A stretch of 32,000 nt of DNA from contig NW_008806274.1 of the NCBI RefSeq assembly GCF_000400465.1, forward strand, positions 690,244 through 722,243. Reading direction: 5' to 3'. Position 1 is the first letter of the stretch. The number at the start of each line of letters is the position of its first letter. The translations under genes and the position numbers were made by a program. This DNA is from Wallemia ichthyophaga EXF-994. Its lineage: Eukaryota > Fungi > Basidiomycota. A model generated the notes under the pieces. That model made no database searches and was not told the DNA's origin. It worked only from the letters and a program-made list of their open reading frames with translations. Of the stretch, positions 8,755 through 20,943 are shown piece by piece.

Positions 8755-10242
8755 ATGAATTTTAAAAATTTATTCTATTTGAAGGGTGAGATATTATTGG
8801 AGATATGCGTACCCAGCTCTAATCAAATCCAACTAGACAAATCTCCATCGGCGTTGCAGACTAAATTATATTTCTATAGCGTGATTAATAATCTTAGCAA
8901 TATCAGGACACCCTTACACGCGTTACAAGCCATAAATCACAATCATCTCAACAACTTTGAACGAAGAAGACTGTTCAAGGCGTCTACCAAGCTTAGACCT
9001 ATAAACTCGCACTGTATTCAACTAAGTACAAAGCTATATAACAATTTAGAGAACCCCAATAGAAAGGATTTAAACGATTTGATTACTCAGAGAAGCTTTG
9101 GGTGTGTTGATCACCCTGTTGACCTCTTTGATAACTCTTCACCGAGTAATTTGATTGAATTGCTTAAATTGGCTGAAAAGTTACCCAATAAGACACTCTA
9201 CAATCAAGTATACGCAAAGTTACAACACTTGGGCTTGGAATTTGATTATAACGTCGTCGTCATACACTTGTTTCACTCTTCAAACAAGTTTGGCTACTTA
9301 AATAGGTTATTTAAGCATATAAACTATGCTCACTACGATGATGGTCAACTACGGCACATATTGTTCAAGCTTATTTCCTTATTACTTGATGGTCAGTTGT
9401 CTTCTCACGGCAACAACCTCTATGACGCTATAGCTTTACTTGATGAGTGGAATAGAGCTTTCTTTGGCTTATTAGGTGTGACGAAGAACACTACCCATCC
9501 CATTTTCTCTCTTTCCAATTACAACGGCCTCCCTCAACTCAACAGACCACTCGCCCCTGCTTACCTCGTTATTATGCAAAGAGCAGCTCAATTAGGTTAT
9601 CTTTCCTTATGTTTCGAAATGTTGCACCATCTAGTAGACCAGAACGCCCTAATAGACAAGTTGGCTAGTGAGGAGAGTGAAAGATCGCGAATGCGAGCCC
9701 GCCTGTCCACGTTCCAACCGCTCGCTGTACCCCTCAATACCTACATCACCCTCTATCAAGCATGCAAGACTACGACTGACCAAACTATTGACCAGCGGCG
9801 GCATCTTCTCCAGCAGTTGCACACATACTTCATCGCCCAGCCCTCGTTCGCAGTCATAAAAGGGCGCGATACCGTGCTCCTCCACACCAAGTCGGCTGCG
9901 GCACCGTCTCCAAATCAAGTCCTACTCATTTTGTCCACCTTTCTCACCGTCACTGAGGACATCGGCAAAGTGCTGCGCGTGTGGCAGGAGCTGCGCGTCA
10001 AGTTCCGCAAGTGCAGTGGGTGGAATAGAGTGGAGCGATTCAGTGCCATCAGGAAGGTCATTTTCGACTGCAGGGATGAGCTACAGAAGGAGAGTAAGAA
10101 AAGCAAAGATGGAATAGACAGTAAGGACAGCAAGGATAATGCTTGGAGTGATATTGATCACGAGCAGGCTATACAAAGACGGAAACACCCGGAAATACCC
10201 AAAACACACCCACAACACATCACACCCAACCAACCAATATAA
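8755..10242 (+). CDS. Helical-repeat protein, possibly degenerate PPR type
   Basis: 495-codon ORF with a probable in-frame intron 8786-8836. Segments such as PAYLVIMQRAAQLGYLSLCFEMLHHL and PLNTYITLYQACK resemble PPR helices; no specific family recognised. Confidence 0.5.
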   Translation: MNFKNLFYLKGEILLEICVPSSNQIQLDKSPSALQTKLYFYSVINNLSNIRTPLHALQAINHNHLNNFERRRLFKASTKLRPINSHCIQLSTKLYNNLENPNRKDLNDLITQRSFGCVDHPVDLFDNSSPSNLIELLKLAEKLPNKTLYNQVYAKLQHLGLEFDYNVVVIHLFHSSNKFGYLNRLFKHINYAHYDDGQLRHILFKLISLLLDGQLSSHGNNLYDAIALLDEWNRAFFGLLGVTKNTTHPIFSLSNYNGLPQLNRPLAPAYLVIMQRAAQLGYLSLCFEMLHHLVDQNALIDKLASEESERSRMRARLSTFQPLAVPLNTYITLYQACKTTTDQTIDQRRHLLQQLHTYFIAQPSFAVIKGRDTVLLHTKSAAAPSPNQVLLILSTFLTVTEDIGKVLRVWQELRVKFRKCSGWNRVERFSAIRKVIFDCRDELQKESKKSKDGIDSKDSKDNAWSDIDHEQAIQRRKHPEIPKTHPQHITPNQPI

Positions 10243-10390
10243 AAAGCAGCATTTACTAGACCATCCAAGTTAACTCCACCACGTGTATTTATACATGCTG
10301 TACCACTAATTTATATATTTTGCATCCATCCACAAAGCCCATAAGCGCGTATGTTATCTCCGCTCCAACCACCACCACCCAAAAACGGAA

Positions 10391-11341
10391 AATGAGCACG
10401 TATCTCAGCGTAAGGTCGCCCATGAAGAATCCCGCACATACATTCAAGCCGCGTCGGGCGGTAGAAGGCACGAAGCAGTTCCAGGTGTGTCTGGAGTAAT
10501 AGTGAGGCAATAGCGACGACACTCACACCGACACGCAACAGCTCAAGAAATACGCAGAGGCTACGCTCGGTTCCGGAAATCTCCGAGAGGCCGTCAAGCT
10601 CCCTTCTGGCGAAGACAGCGATGAGTGGATAGCAGTGCACTCTGTCGATTTCTTCAACCACCTCAACATGCTGTATGGCTGTGTGAGCGATTTCTGCACA
10701 GTCAAGAATGTGAGGCATCTTTTTCTAGTCGTGGCGTTTTGCTCACTGCCCTACTCTACACTTCAGTGTCCTATCATGTCCGCGGGTCCGCGCTACGAAT
10801 ACCAGTGGGCTCAGCCTAGCTATGGCGCTGGAGCTCAGACAGGCGCACCTAAACGCCTCACTCGTCTCTCTGCTCCGGAGTACGTCGATAATTTGCTCGG
10901 TTGGATCCAGAGCATCATCGATCACGAAGCCTACTTCCCTTCGAAGCTCGGCGTGCCTTTCCCTCGTAACTTCTCGAGCGTTGCGAAGGATGTTTTCAGG
11001 AGGCTTTTCAGAGTCTATGCGCATATATACAACTCTCACTTTGAAATTATGGTCGCTCTGGGGATTGAAGGTGTGTTTGAGTATCCTAGATAGAGGGAGC
11101 GCTGACGCGTGGTATATACTAGCCCACCTCAATACCAACTATAGACATTTTCTGCTATTCATTAATGAGGTAAGCGCGTGGTTTCGCATGTGTCTCACTT
11201 AAACTCACTCCCACTCCAGTTCAGACTCGTAGACGCAAAAGAGCTCGCCCCGCTGGCTGACTTTAACCAGTCTATTCTTAAGTAGGTTAGGTGCTTTGAG
11301 CCGCTCCCTGTCCAAGTTGACCATTATATTGCAGCGATTGA
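10391..11341 (+). CDS. MOB1: MOB kinase activator MOB1
   Basis: TFKP...LKKYAEATLGSGNLREAVKLPSGED..EWIAVHSVDFFNHLNMLYG..CPIMSAGPRYEYQW..FPSKLGVPFPRNF..FRRLFRVYAHIY..HLNTNYRHF..ELAPL. Introns 10485-10541, 10710-10766, 11071-11122, 11170-11219 and probably 11282-11334 (ending ILND*); without the last intron it ends ILK* at 11285. Confidence 0.93.
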
Positions 11342-11651
11342 TCATAGCAACCTTGTTCGTATATCACACTATCTCACATGGATCATATCGCACGCTCTAG
11401 CTCACACAGTCCTGGCTTAATATTCACTCTCATTCTCCTACATTAACTCAGCGCTATTTATTTGTTCATATATACACCATTCATCTGTAATCAACACTGA
11501 AAATGCAATACAAGAAAGAACTTGTAGTCTCTAGCAAGAAAAAGTGGAGCTGTCACAATTTCTTCAACATATGTGATAAATCAATCTATTAACTTAAAGA
11601 AAATCACAAATACTGAGACATTAAAATTAGTCTTTCACCCGTGATATCATT

Positions 11652-12355
11652 TCATACCATGGTATCATAGTCCTTGAAAACGTCATGAGAAGGCTGTGCT
11701 GTGGAGTGTAGCCGTTGTCTTCGTTTGTTATCGTTTTCGTCGTAACCATAGTTGAGGGTGGTGTCTTCAAGTGTGGAGAGTATGAGATTGTTGATGTGTT
11801 TGTGAATTTCCCAAAGCCCTAATACCTGCTATAGTCTAGTGCGTTGAATAGAACGTTAGGGGGCTTGCTTTGCGTGTCGTCGTGGGCCCTGTTTCGGGGT
11901 CAAAAATGAAAGTCTATTGGAGAAATGTTGGCAGGGGCAGATGTAAATCTATGTGAGATAGAGATGCTATTGTAGATACTGTAGGTGAAAGAGCCGTTTC
12001 GTATGGATTGAAGTTGCTGAGTTGAAAGTCTATGAGATCCGAGGCAGTGGCAGTGGCAGTAGCAGTAGTTTCAGTAGTATTTGTAGAGGCGAACGAGGCT
12101 TGTTAATTTGAAAGCTTTTATGAGCGCTGGCATAGTTTTGAAACCACGGATGCAATTAGCCAAGTTAGTTACGGTGTAAAAGCCTATTCACCACGCTTAT
12201 TAAAGGCATTGACAAGCAAGAGTCCGGCAATAATAGTGAATAGCGTTGTCTATACAAAAAGATTGGAGATGTGAGGTCTAGAGGAGATCGAGCCAAGTTA
12301 CATAAAAAGAAAGATATGATGGGATATGTTGTGACGAGGTCTCTCCTACTTCCAT
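11652..12355 (-). CDS. Putative orphan single-pass membrane protein with Thr/Ala-rich stalk (multi-exon, absent from ORF track)
   Basis: Manual exons: MEVGETSSQHIPSYLSFY / TTLFTIIAGLLLVNAFNK / SFASTNTTETTATATATASDLIDFQLSNFNPYETALSPT / TFIFDPETGPTTTRK / VLGLWEIHKHINNL...DYDTMV*. Needs a GC-AG intron 11868-11826; some junctions are uncertain. Confidence 0.45.
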
Positions 12356-13900
12356 CCTCAAATTTGCGCTAAGATGAAGATCAAGCGCGCGGATAGATAA
12401 GGAGATTGGCGCGGGTAATGTTCGACATTTGTAACCTGCGAAGTGTGAGATGGGTTGAGAGGGCACAAGCTGTGGTAATAAATAAGCTGGAATCATTGGG
12501 CACGTATTTAGCTATTTTAAGACTGAGTACTTTCCAGCTGCTTGAAAATTTACATTTAAAGCGGCATCAAAGGATCACAACTCATCAAACTTTACCCCAA
12601 ATGTATTCTAAAAAGTATAACCGCATTTCATTGTAACTGGTGGTGCAGGTTTGGTTGGGTTGGGTTTCATGTCTGAGGCATTTTACAGACGCCAACAAAT
12701 ACTCGGACGCGGCAGCCTTGACGAAGAGAATCAGTTAATACGCTTAAAAAAAGCCTGCGTGATTCATGCAGAATCACACAAATCCCTTTGTAAACATTCC
12801 TCCTGATTCTTATTTTCACACATGATACACGCCACTATCACCTACATATTGAACTATTTCCAGCATAAAATTTCAAATCAAAGGCGTCTCGCTGCTTTTT
12901 GCTGCTTTAGCAGGTGTTTGAACTACACGGTAAACGATATGGACGGATGGCGAATGGCAATTTAGAACCCACAAACGCCGCAGAGTCCGAATAAGATACA
13001 TTGTAATTAAATCCCTCAATTTGTCTTAATATCGATGCATTATGTAGTATACAACGAGAGCTCTTTGAGTCAGTATGACAGGCCAATTTTTCTCTAGTGG
13101 TGCGGAATAAAAGGCAATCAGTGTTATTACGGGTACATAATAGTAATTAATACCACTTTTCCAGCCATTGAATTGAACAAACGCATATCATGGTGATAGC
13201 TTGGTGAAACCGTCCGATGCGCGGCTATACAGTCATCGTAGTTCTTCGACTCATTGGACCTATAATAAGTCACGTAGTCTTGATGGCATTACTAAAATAC
13301 CCCGCCAATTGCTACCGTTGAAAGTTACAGTCTTTTTGAAAGAAGAGTGCCTCATTGATTACCAATCCCTCTTCAAAGCAATTGTTATATGGTCAGTGAG
13401 TAAAATACATGATGGCAAATGATATCTGCTTCGACCCTGGCATCGATTGTGTAATGTAGGTCAGTATGGTGAGGTATATATGTCCAAAGAACGCTGATCG
13501 AAGAGTGTGGGGAATGACATTTGAGGCCGCAGCTACCCACATCAAACGGGTCCAATGAAGCACCAACAATCTCCAACAAATTTTTGCCGAAAAATTCCGG
13601 TTTTAGTAAGCGAGGCCAAAACGAGGGTGCTACTGAGTGAAAATGGGGTGCTGCACGAAATTACTGCGCGAATGAGCTTTATTCCTTTCAAACCAACGCT
13701 GACAATCTAATGTACAAATATCTCAAATCTTAATGAAACCAACAAGTTCAAAACACAGGCTAGACATGTAAAAACAGCGGACTATCTTGATTTGAAAAGA
13801 CTTGATAGGCTTCCTGACAGAAAAGCGGGATTTGAATCGGAATTTTACATAATTCTTTCATACACATCGGCACTAGAATCTTTCTTAGCCTTCAACTTTC

Positions 13901-14511
13901 ATGATTCCAACGACTGTGAACCCGTCGGGAACCTATCTCTTTCATCCGCATGGCGACGATGATTATGAGATATTCGTTATTAAGCCCGGTGAGGAGAGCA
14001 GTGCTAGTTTGGTAGACAGGTTTCCCGTCATCCGCACCAACATCGGTTTCGTTAGTAGCAAGATAGAGGTGTATTCCAACGTAGAGGGCAAAGTGATCAG
14101 CTCGACTAAAAGGGGAAAGCGCTTCACTGGCAAATCCTCAGTTGAAATCACTGTTCAGGGACTTACAAGTTCTCTTGACAGAGAGAGCAGATGGGGCACA
14201 GCTAACCGTTTATTTGTCCTCTACAATGGCACTTGCTGTCGCGCTATCACAGAAGGGAAGAACGTAAGCATTGTCAGCATGGCCACGGGCAGAGTGTTGG
14301 CTGCGTATCGTAACAGCAGCAGGTCTTCAAAGAAAGACGGTATACTGACAATGCACGCGCTCGGTGTTGACAACAAATCCTGCAATCTGATTATCACAGT
14401 CGTCCTGCTGGTAAGTCGTAGCTCTTTATACTGAACGCTGCTAACTCAATACAGATGGTTAAGTTCATCCGCGATGCCGGGGACTATGAAGAGGATTATA
14501 GGAGCGATTAA
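13901..14511 (+). CDS. DUF6593 / tubby-C-like small beta-barrel protein, 2 exons
   Basis: 177-codon ORF plus intron 14411-14454 (GTAAGT..CTAAC..CAG) and last exon MVKFIRDAGDYEEDYRSD*. The end VLAAYRNSSRSSKKDGILTM...NLIITVVLLM resembles basidiomycete DUF6593/tubby-C-like proteins (pattern recall). Confidence 0.55.
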
Positions 14512-14652
14512 AAGCCGCAGAGAGGCAAAATCTCAGCGATTTCAAAACGGAATCTGTATCATATTGTATTTGAGAATCCGAATAAACTAGAGCCCAATTA
14601 ATAATTCTATTCCCTGCTTTAAATACTCTTGTTCCAACACCGCCAACATTGA

Positions 14653-17600
14653 ATGGCAAGCGTTGTACCTCAAAGCGGTACAGAGAAGGCAGTTTTAGAT
14701 GCCAACACGGAGCCCGGCAACGCCACAGAATCTAGCAAACCGGAGAATACTGATGATGATATCATTATATCACAGGACTGCAACGCTCCGACTGGCGTCT
14801 CCATTTTACAGCTCTGGAAATACTCGACAAAACTCGAGGCTTTTCTTATCATAATTGGGTTGATCAGCGCTGCTGGTGCCGGCGCCATCCAGCCATCCCT
14901 CGCGATCATGTTTGGAAATTTAGTGGATGTTATGAACGACTTTTATTCTTACGTGCCAACGTATCAGTCAGATCCCACGAACCCCGTCCTTAGATTGGAG
15001 TTTGAGAGTAGAAAAACTACCTTCAAGGATGGCGTGGACTACAACTGCTTAATGCTTCTCGTTATCACTATCTGCATGTTTATAGCCGTCTATGGCTTCT
15101 TTTACATCAGCCAGTATACTTCTGAAACCATCTCTCGTCGACTTCGCCTCTTATATCTTCGCTCAGTCTTGCGTCAGGACATTGCTTTCTTCGATAGGAT
15201 AGGAGCCGGCGAGATAGCCACCAGGATTGAGACGGACATGGCCTTGATCCAGAGCGCCATTTCTGAAAAATCAAACTTGGCAGTTATGTTCCTGTCTAGT
15301 TTCGTAGTGGCTTTCATCATAGCATTCAGTATACAAGCGCGTCTGGCTGGTATCTTATTCATCGTAGTCCCGTGCATTGCGATTGCTATGGTGGTTATTA
15401 TAATTTTCATTACAAAGTATGAAGAGAAAGGTCTCCAGAACATCGCTGATTCAGGTACACTAGCCGAGGAAGTTATTTCTACAATACGCACAGCGAAGGC
15501 TTTCAGTATACAGACTGCATTGGGTTTATTGTATGATGATCATCTCAAGGCAGCTCGCAGAGAAGGGTTCAAGCTGGCCACCGTCACGGCTGTTGGATTC
15601 TCGTCCTTCGATTTCATGGCTTACTCAGCATATGCTCTGGCTTTTGTGGTATTCGCGCATTTACTTCTGAATGGTGGGCTGTCAGACTCGCTATCAGCTC
15701 CTCTAACACAGCTCAATAGGCACGTCCGTCGGCCAATTGATATCAGTAGTTGAGGCAATCATAGTTGGTGCGTTTGGACTAGGCATGGTTGCCCCACAAT
15801 TACAGATCATCGCTAAAGGACAAGCTGCCGCGGCCAAGATCTACGAAACGATTGATAGGGTGCCGTCGATCGACAGTGAATCGGAAGATGGCATCAAACC
15901 TGCGTCTGTGAACGGAAGTATTACATTTCACCATATTAATTTCGCGTATCCTTCACGACCAGGTGTACAAGTGATGAAGGATTTTAACGCTACTTTTCCT
16001 CCGGGACAGTTTACAGCACTTGTTGGTGCGTCTGGAAGTGGAAAAAGTACATCAGTAAACCTCATTGAGCGCTTCTACGATCCCCTTTCCGGCACCGTCA
16101 AGCTCGATGGTCACGATTTAAAGGACCTCAATGTCAAGTGGCTTCGCAGCAAGATCGGTCTGGTTGGCCAGGAGCCTGTTCTTTTCAACGATACCGTACG
16201 CGCTAATGTTGAACATGGCCTGATCGGTACAGATATGGAGTACTTCTCGGATCAACAGCGACTGGAATTGGTTGTTAGAGCCTGTCAAACAGCTAATGCA
16301 GACAACTTTATTCAAACTCTACCCTCCAAGTACAATAACACGGTCGGTGAGCGCGGTATGCTCTTGTCGGGAGGACAAAAGCAGCGACTTGCCATTGCTC
16401 GTGCTATCGTATCAAATCCCCCTATTCTACTGCTGGATGAGGCTACTGCTGCTCTTGATTCGGCTTCTGAATCCATCGTCCAAAAGGCACTCGATCAGGC
16501 TTCCCAGAACCGTACGACGGTGGCCATTGCACACCGTCTCTCGACTATCAAGAATGCGCATCAGATTATCGTGATGGGTAGTGGCAAAATCCTGGAAGTT
16601 GGCAATCACTATTCCCTCACTTCTAATCCGCAAAGTGCATACCTGCAGCTTGTCAACGCTCAGCAACTCGCAGAGAGCACTGAGGATAGTGAAGCAGGGG
16701 TAGCTGAGCATGTAGAGGTGCCTACAAAAGATGAAAATAGGAGTGTTAAATCCAAACAACTTTCGATCGCCTCGGAAATTTTACGCGATGGCGAAAGCGT
16801 CCCTGAGAAGGTAATCAATAAGTACTCATGGACGCACGTCCTCAGTTCCCTTGTTAAGATAAATCGGAGTGCTTGGCCGCTATATGTGATTGGCACATCA
16901 GCTGCGATCTGCAGTGGCGCTGCCTTTCCTTGCTTCGGTATAATATTTGGTAAAACCCTACAAGAGATTAGTGAAAGAACACCTGGCGACCCGGACTATC
17001 AATCCTACATCAAGTCCCATTTAGATCGTGATGCTCTATGGTTCTTTGTAAGTTATATCGAGTGTGTAAACCACCTTCTAACATCCAATCAGGTCATCGC
17101 TCTGGGTGCTGGTGTTGCTCTCGTAATTCAGACTTACTGCATGCAAAGGTCCGGAGAAATGCTCACTTTCATCCTGCGACATGAGTCGTTCAAGAAGCTT
17201 CTGCACATCGATGTTGATTATTTTGATCGTAAAGAAAATAACACGGGTGTGTTGTGTTCTGGTTTAGCAAGTAACGCTAAGTCAGTGAATGGTTTGGCTG
17301 GTATTTCAAGTGGTAGTATTCTTCAATGTCTCGCAACAGTTATAATAGGCGCTGCTGTCGGCATCGGTTACTCATACAAAATTGGGTTGGTGGGCGTAGC
17401 TTGCCTGCCTCTCACATTTGCCGCCGGTCTCACCGAGCTGAAAATAGTCACTCTGAAAGATAAGCATTCAAGAGAGAGCTACGAAGAGTCTTCGAATATG
17501 GCTTGCGAGTCTGCTGGTGCAATAAGAACCGTAGCCGCACTCACAAGAGAGGATCAGATTGTGAGCCACTACGGTAATCTCCTCCTCAAGCCATACAATA

Positions 17601-18673
17601 CGGCAATAAGATCTGCGCTATGGAGAAGCGCCGTTTTTGCACTTGGACAGGCATTGAGTTACGGTTCTATCGCACTTATCTTCTATTGCGGCTCGCTTTG
17701 GCTTATGGACCTCACTCTTGATCTTCAATCATTTTACGTAAGTCTGGAAAGTATAATTTTCGCAGCCATTTTGTCTTCACGTATATTCACGTACGTACCG
17801 GATTTAAGTAGTGCTAGAGGAGGTGCGACTCGCATTCTGAGGCTGTTGAAACATCAAGACAAGATAGAAATTGATAGTGCCAATTATAGCGGCAAGCACC
17901 TCGATACTGTTGAAGGTCACGTCACATTTGATGATGTGCATTTCAGGTATCCAACTCGCCCAGATGTACCGGTCTTACGTTCACTCGATCTGGACATCAA
18001 GCCGGGCAGTTATGTGGCATTGGTGGGGCCTAGTGGATGTGGAAAGAGTACTACCATACAGCTCATCGAGCGCTTTTACGATCCAACATACGGCTCTGTC
18101 AAGCTAGATGGACTAGAATTGCGCGACATCAATCTCAACAATCTCAGATCTCACATGGCACTCGTCTCTCAGGAGCCTACGCTCTACGGAGGCACTGTCA
18201 AATACAATATTGCAATGGGAGCAACCAAACCACATGAGGAGGTCACACAAGAGGAGCTGAAAGAAGCCTGTGCAGATGCCAACATTCTCGACTTTGTACA
18301 AGGTTTGCCGGATGGATTCGAGACGCAGGTCGGTGGTAAAGGTACGCAACTATCGGGAGGTCAAAAGCAGCGTATCGCTATCGCCAGAGCTCTCATACGA
18401 AAACCAAAGATCCTCCTGCTCGACGAGGCTACGAGTGCACTCGACCAGAATAGTGAGGCGGTTGTACAGGCCGCGTTGGATAAGGTGGCGTCGGGTAGGA
18501 CTACGATAGCTATCGCTCATCGTCTCTCAACTATCCAGAAGGCGGATAGGATATACGTCTTCAAGGATGGGATGGTCAGTCAAGCTGGAACCCATAAGGA
18601 GCTGATCGAGGAGAGGGGTGGACTTTATGCAGAGCTCGTCGCTCTTCAAACGCTTTCCAAGCGTAGTGAGTAA
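14653..18673 (+). CDS. Full-length ABCB (MDR/P-glycoprotein-like) transporter, 3 exons
   Basis: TMD-NBD-TMD-NBD. NBD1 GASGSGKS, GQEP, LSGGQKQ, ILLLDEATAALD, IAHR; NBD2 GPSGCGKS, SQEP, LSGGQKQ, ILLLDEATSALD, IAHR. Introns 15674-15719 and 17048-17092 (the second is in frame). Confidence 0.96.
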
Positions 18674-18800
18674 ATTGCTGGCATTCAACACACAAATCTG
18701 CATTTTTTCAATCTAAAAGCACTTCTCATTAAGAAAGAAAATCACTTGTAAATCTATGTATTTGGTATTTATTGCATTGCGAAAATAACTATTAAACGTA

Positions 18801-20943
18801 CTACTTTGATTTGGCGGTCTCAAGCTGCGGTGTGTGAGTTGATTATACGGGTTTGGCAATGCTTCACTCACGAAAGACACAACGGCATCAAAGTCACCTT
18901 CTTCACCTACAGCGGGTGTACTACCACCGCTTTCATCACTTCTAGATACAGGCTGCGATTCCTCGCCGGCCTTTTTTGAGGCAGACCAGCCGAATAGCAT
19001 CTCGTCGAGCCATTGAAACGTGGACAGGTTGGATTGCTGTTCTGACGAAATCAATGAGGGTTGCTCTTTTGCGACTACACGCTTGCTTTCGAAGTTCTCT
19101 ATCTGCTTAGGGCCGTACTCCTCGACTAAGGGAAGCGTTAGCATTAGCCAAACCACAACTACACTACACCCACTTATATCGTTCAGCTCCTTCGATAAGC
19201 TTGCCCGTGTGCTCTTTAGCTTCTGAATCTCATTCTCGTTTCCAGGGATCAGCGAGAGGAACAATGGTGGAAGGCTTTTATAAATATCCATACCAACTTC
19301 ACCGAATTTGAGCGCAGACATACCCAAGCACGGCAGCAGGGCGAGGGTCCACAGCGGTGTCCACGTGATAGTACTACTGCTAAGCTGCCAAGACTCTCCA
19401 TAACGCCTCGCAGCCAAAGTGGCGGAAGTGATATAAAAACAGTAGAGAAGCGGTATAAGTGCGAGCGACACAAGTACTTTCCAAGTACCTATTACATCAC
19501 GCGCTTTAACTTTAACTGTGGAGGCTGCCAATGCTTCTTTTGCTTTGGCTTTGGATATTGACTTGGCAACGAAAAAGACAGGTAAATGGAGCACAGCGCC
19601 AGGGAGGGCCAGAGCGCCCCAAACCATGAGTAGCTCAATGCGATAGAATAGTAACGTAGCAGATTTCAATGGCGATCTTGCAGCAGAGTCAACCTGGATT
19701 ACGTGTAAGATAAGTCTAATCATGCGATCGTACCCACCTGATGGTCTCTAATTCCAAGATCCTTTAATCTCCTGTTGTACCTCAAAACCTTTGCCTTAAG
19801 TTGTTGTATCTTAGGCTCATCTTTGTAATCCAAGTAGCCTGCGATAAGCCTTCTGTTTAGCTCTACGACTTCTCCGAGCGGCGGATGATAACCTGGAGGG
19901 CTGTAAAGTCTCCTCCCGGCTTGTATAAGCATCAAAGTTTCATAGTCTGGCGCACGCACGGTGACAGTTTTGAGACCGTCGTAGATAATGTTGAGGAGGC
20001 TTGAACATGCCAACCGCTTGTCGCTTCCACCTTTGCTAAAGAGATGTACAAGATCACGTGGTACGGTTCTTGGAGTACCAAACTCGATCACAGCTCTCGA
20101 GCGGAACTTATGGGCATTGAAGTACGACATGCCAACGGGAACAATTTTGACCTCTAGATTGGGGTTCTTGGACATGGCGCCAAGAGCCATGATGCTGACA
20201 CCAGCCTTTAATGGCAGGAGATCGGTCTTGTCGTGTGAGCCGCCTTCTGGGAATATACCAATGCAACCACCATCTTCCAAACGATCATAAACAGCTTTGT
20301 ACATGGAGTGTTGATCGATGTGGGGCATGACTTTATATTTGATGGCCTGGGTGGTGGTGGTGGGATTGATAGCTTTGAGAGCACTTATGGCTTGTGGTTT
20401 GCTGAGATCCTTTTTCAAGATAAGGTGGGAGTCGTTGAGGATGTCCACCACCTCGGCAGAAGCTCCACCAAGGGAGGAAGGGAGGGCTATAGACATGTTT
20501 GGGGAGAGCTGGCGAGTGAATTGAGTGCCGATGCCGAATATGTGGGTTGTGGGGGCAGAATGAGACATGTAGATAGAGCCAATGCCGGATTTTGCAGCGT
20601 CTGCAGCGCGCTTTACGGGGATAGATTCCATTGCTCTAGCCATGTCACCTATAAAGAATCTGTGCATGCTCTTACTCGCAACCAAGAAGGACAGCTTCCT
20701 GTTGGACGCTCTGAGGACTTCTGAGCAGAGGATAATACCATCTAAGAATTGATTGTGATGTGGGCCAGCGACGAAGATAACAGGCGTTGGCTGTGGAGGA
20801 ATGTTGTAAATGCCTCGGCTGACGACCTCTCTAAAGAATATGTATATGATAGTTCTCCAAAGTTTGGTTGCAAGGTTGTAGCCATCCAGCTGCTTAATGA
20901 GGAATACGATTATTATTATCAATCCCACGACAATACTCATCAT
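18801..20943 (-). CDS. Glycerol-3-phosphate/DHAP sn-1 acyltransferase (Sct1/Gpt2 family), 4 exons
   Basis: VIFVAGPHHNQFLD (HX4D), GIFPEGGSHD, IVPVGMSYFNAHKFRSRAVIEFG, KARDVIGTWKVLV. Introns 19737-19694, 19173-19126 and a 47-nt 3' intron giving LETAKSK* (stop 18803-18801). Confidence 0.92.

Noticed and set aside
12638-12777. G-rich TTGGTTGGGTTGGG tract and inverted repeat GTGATTC-N5-GAATCAC (12759-12777)
   Set aside because: Both are too short to exceed chance expectation; not a telomeric array or a transposon end.
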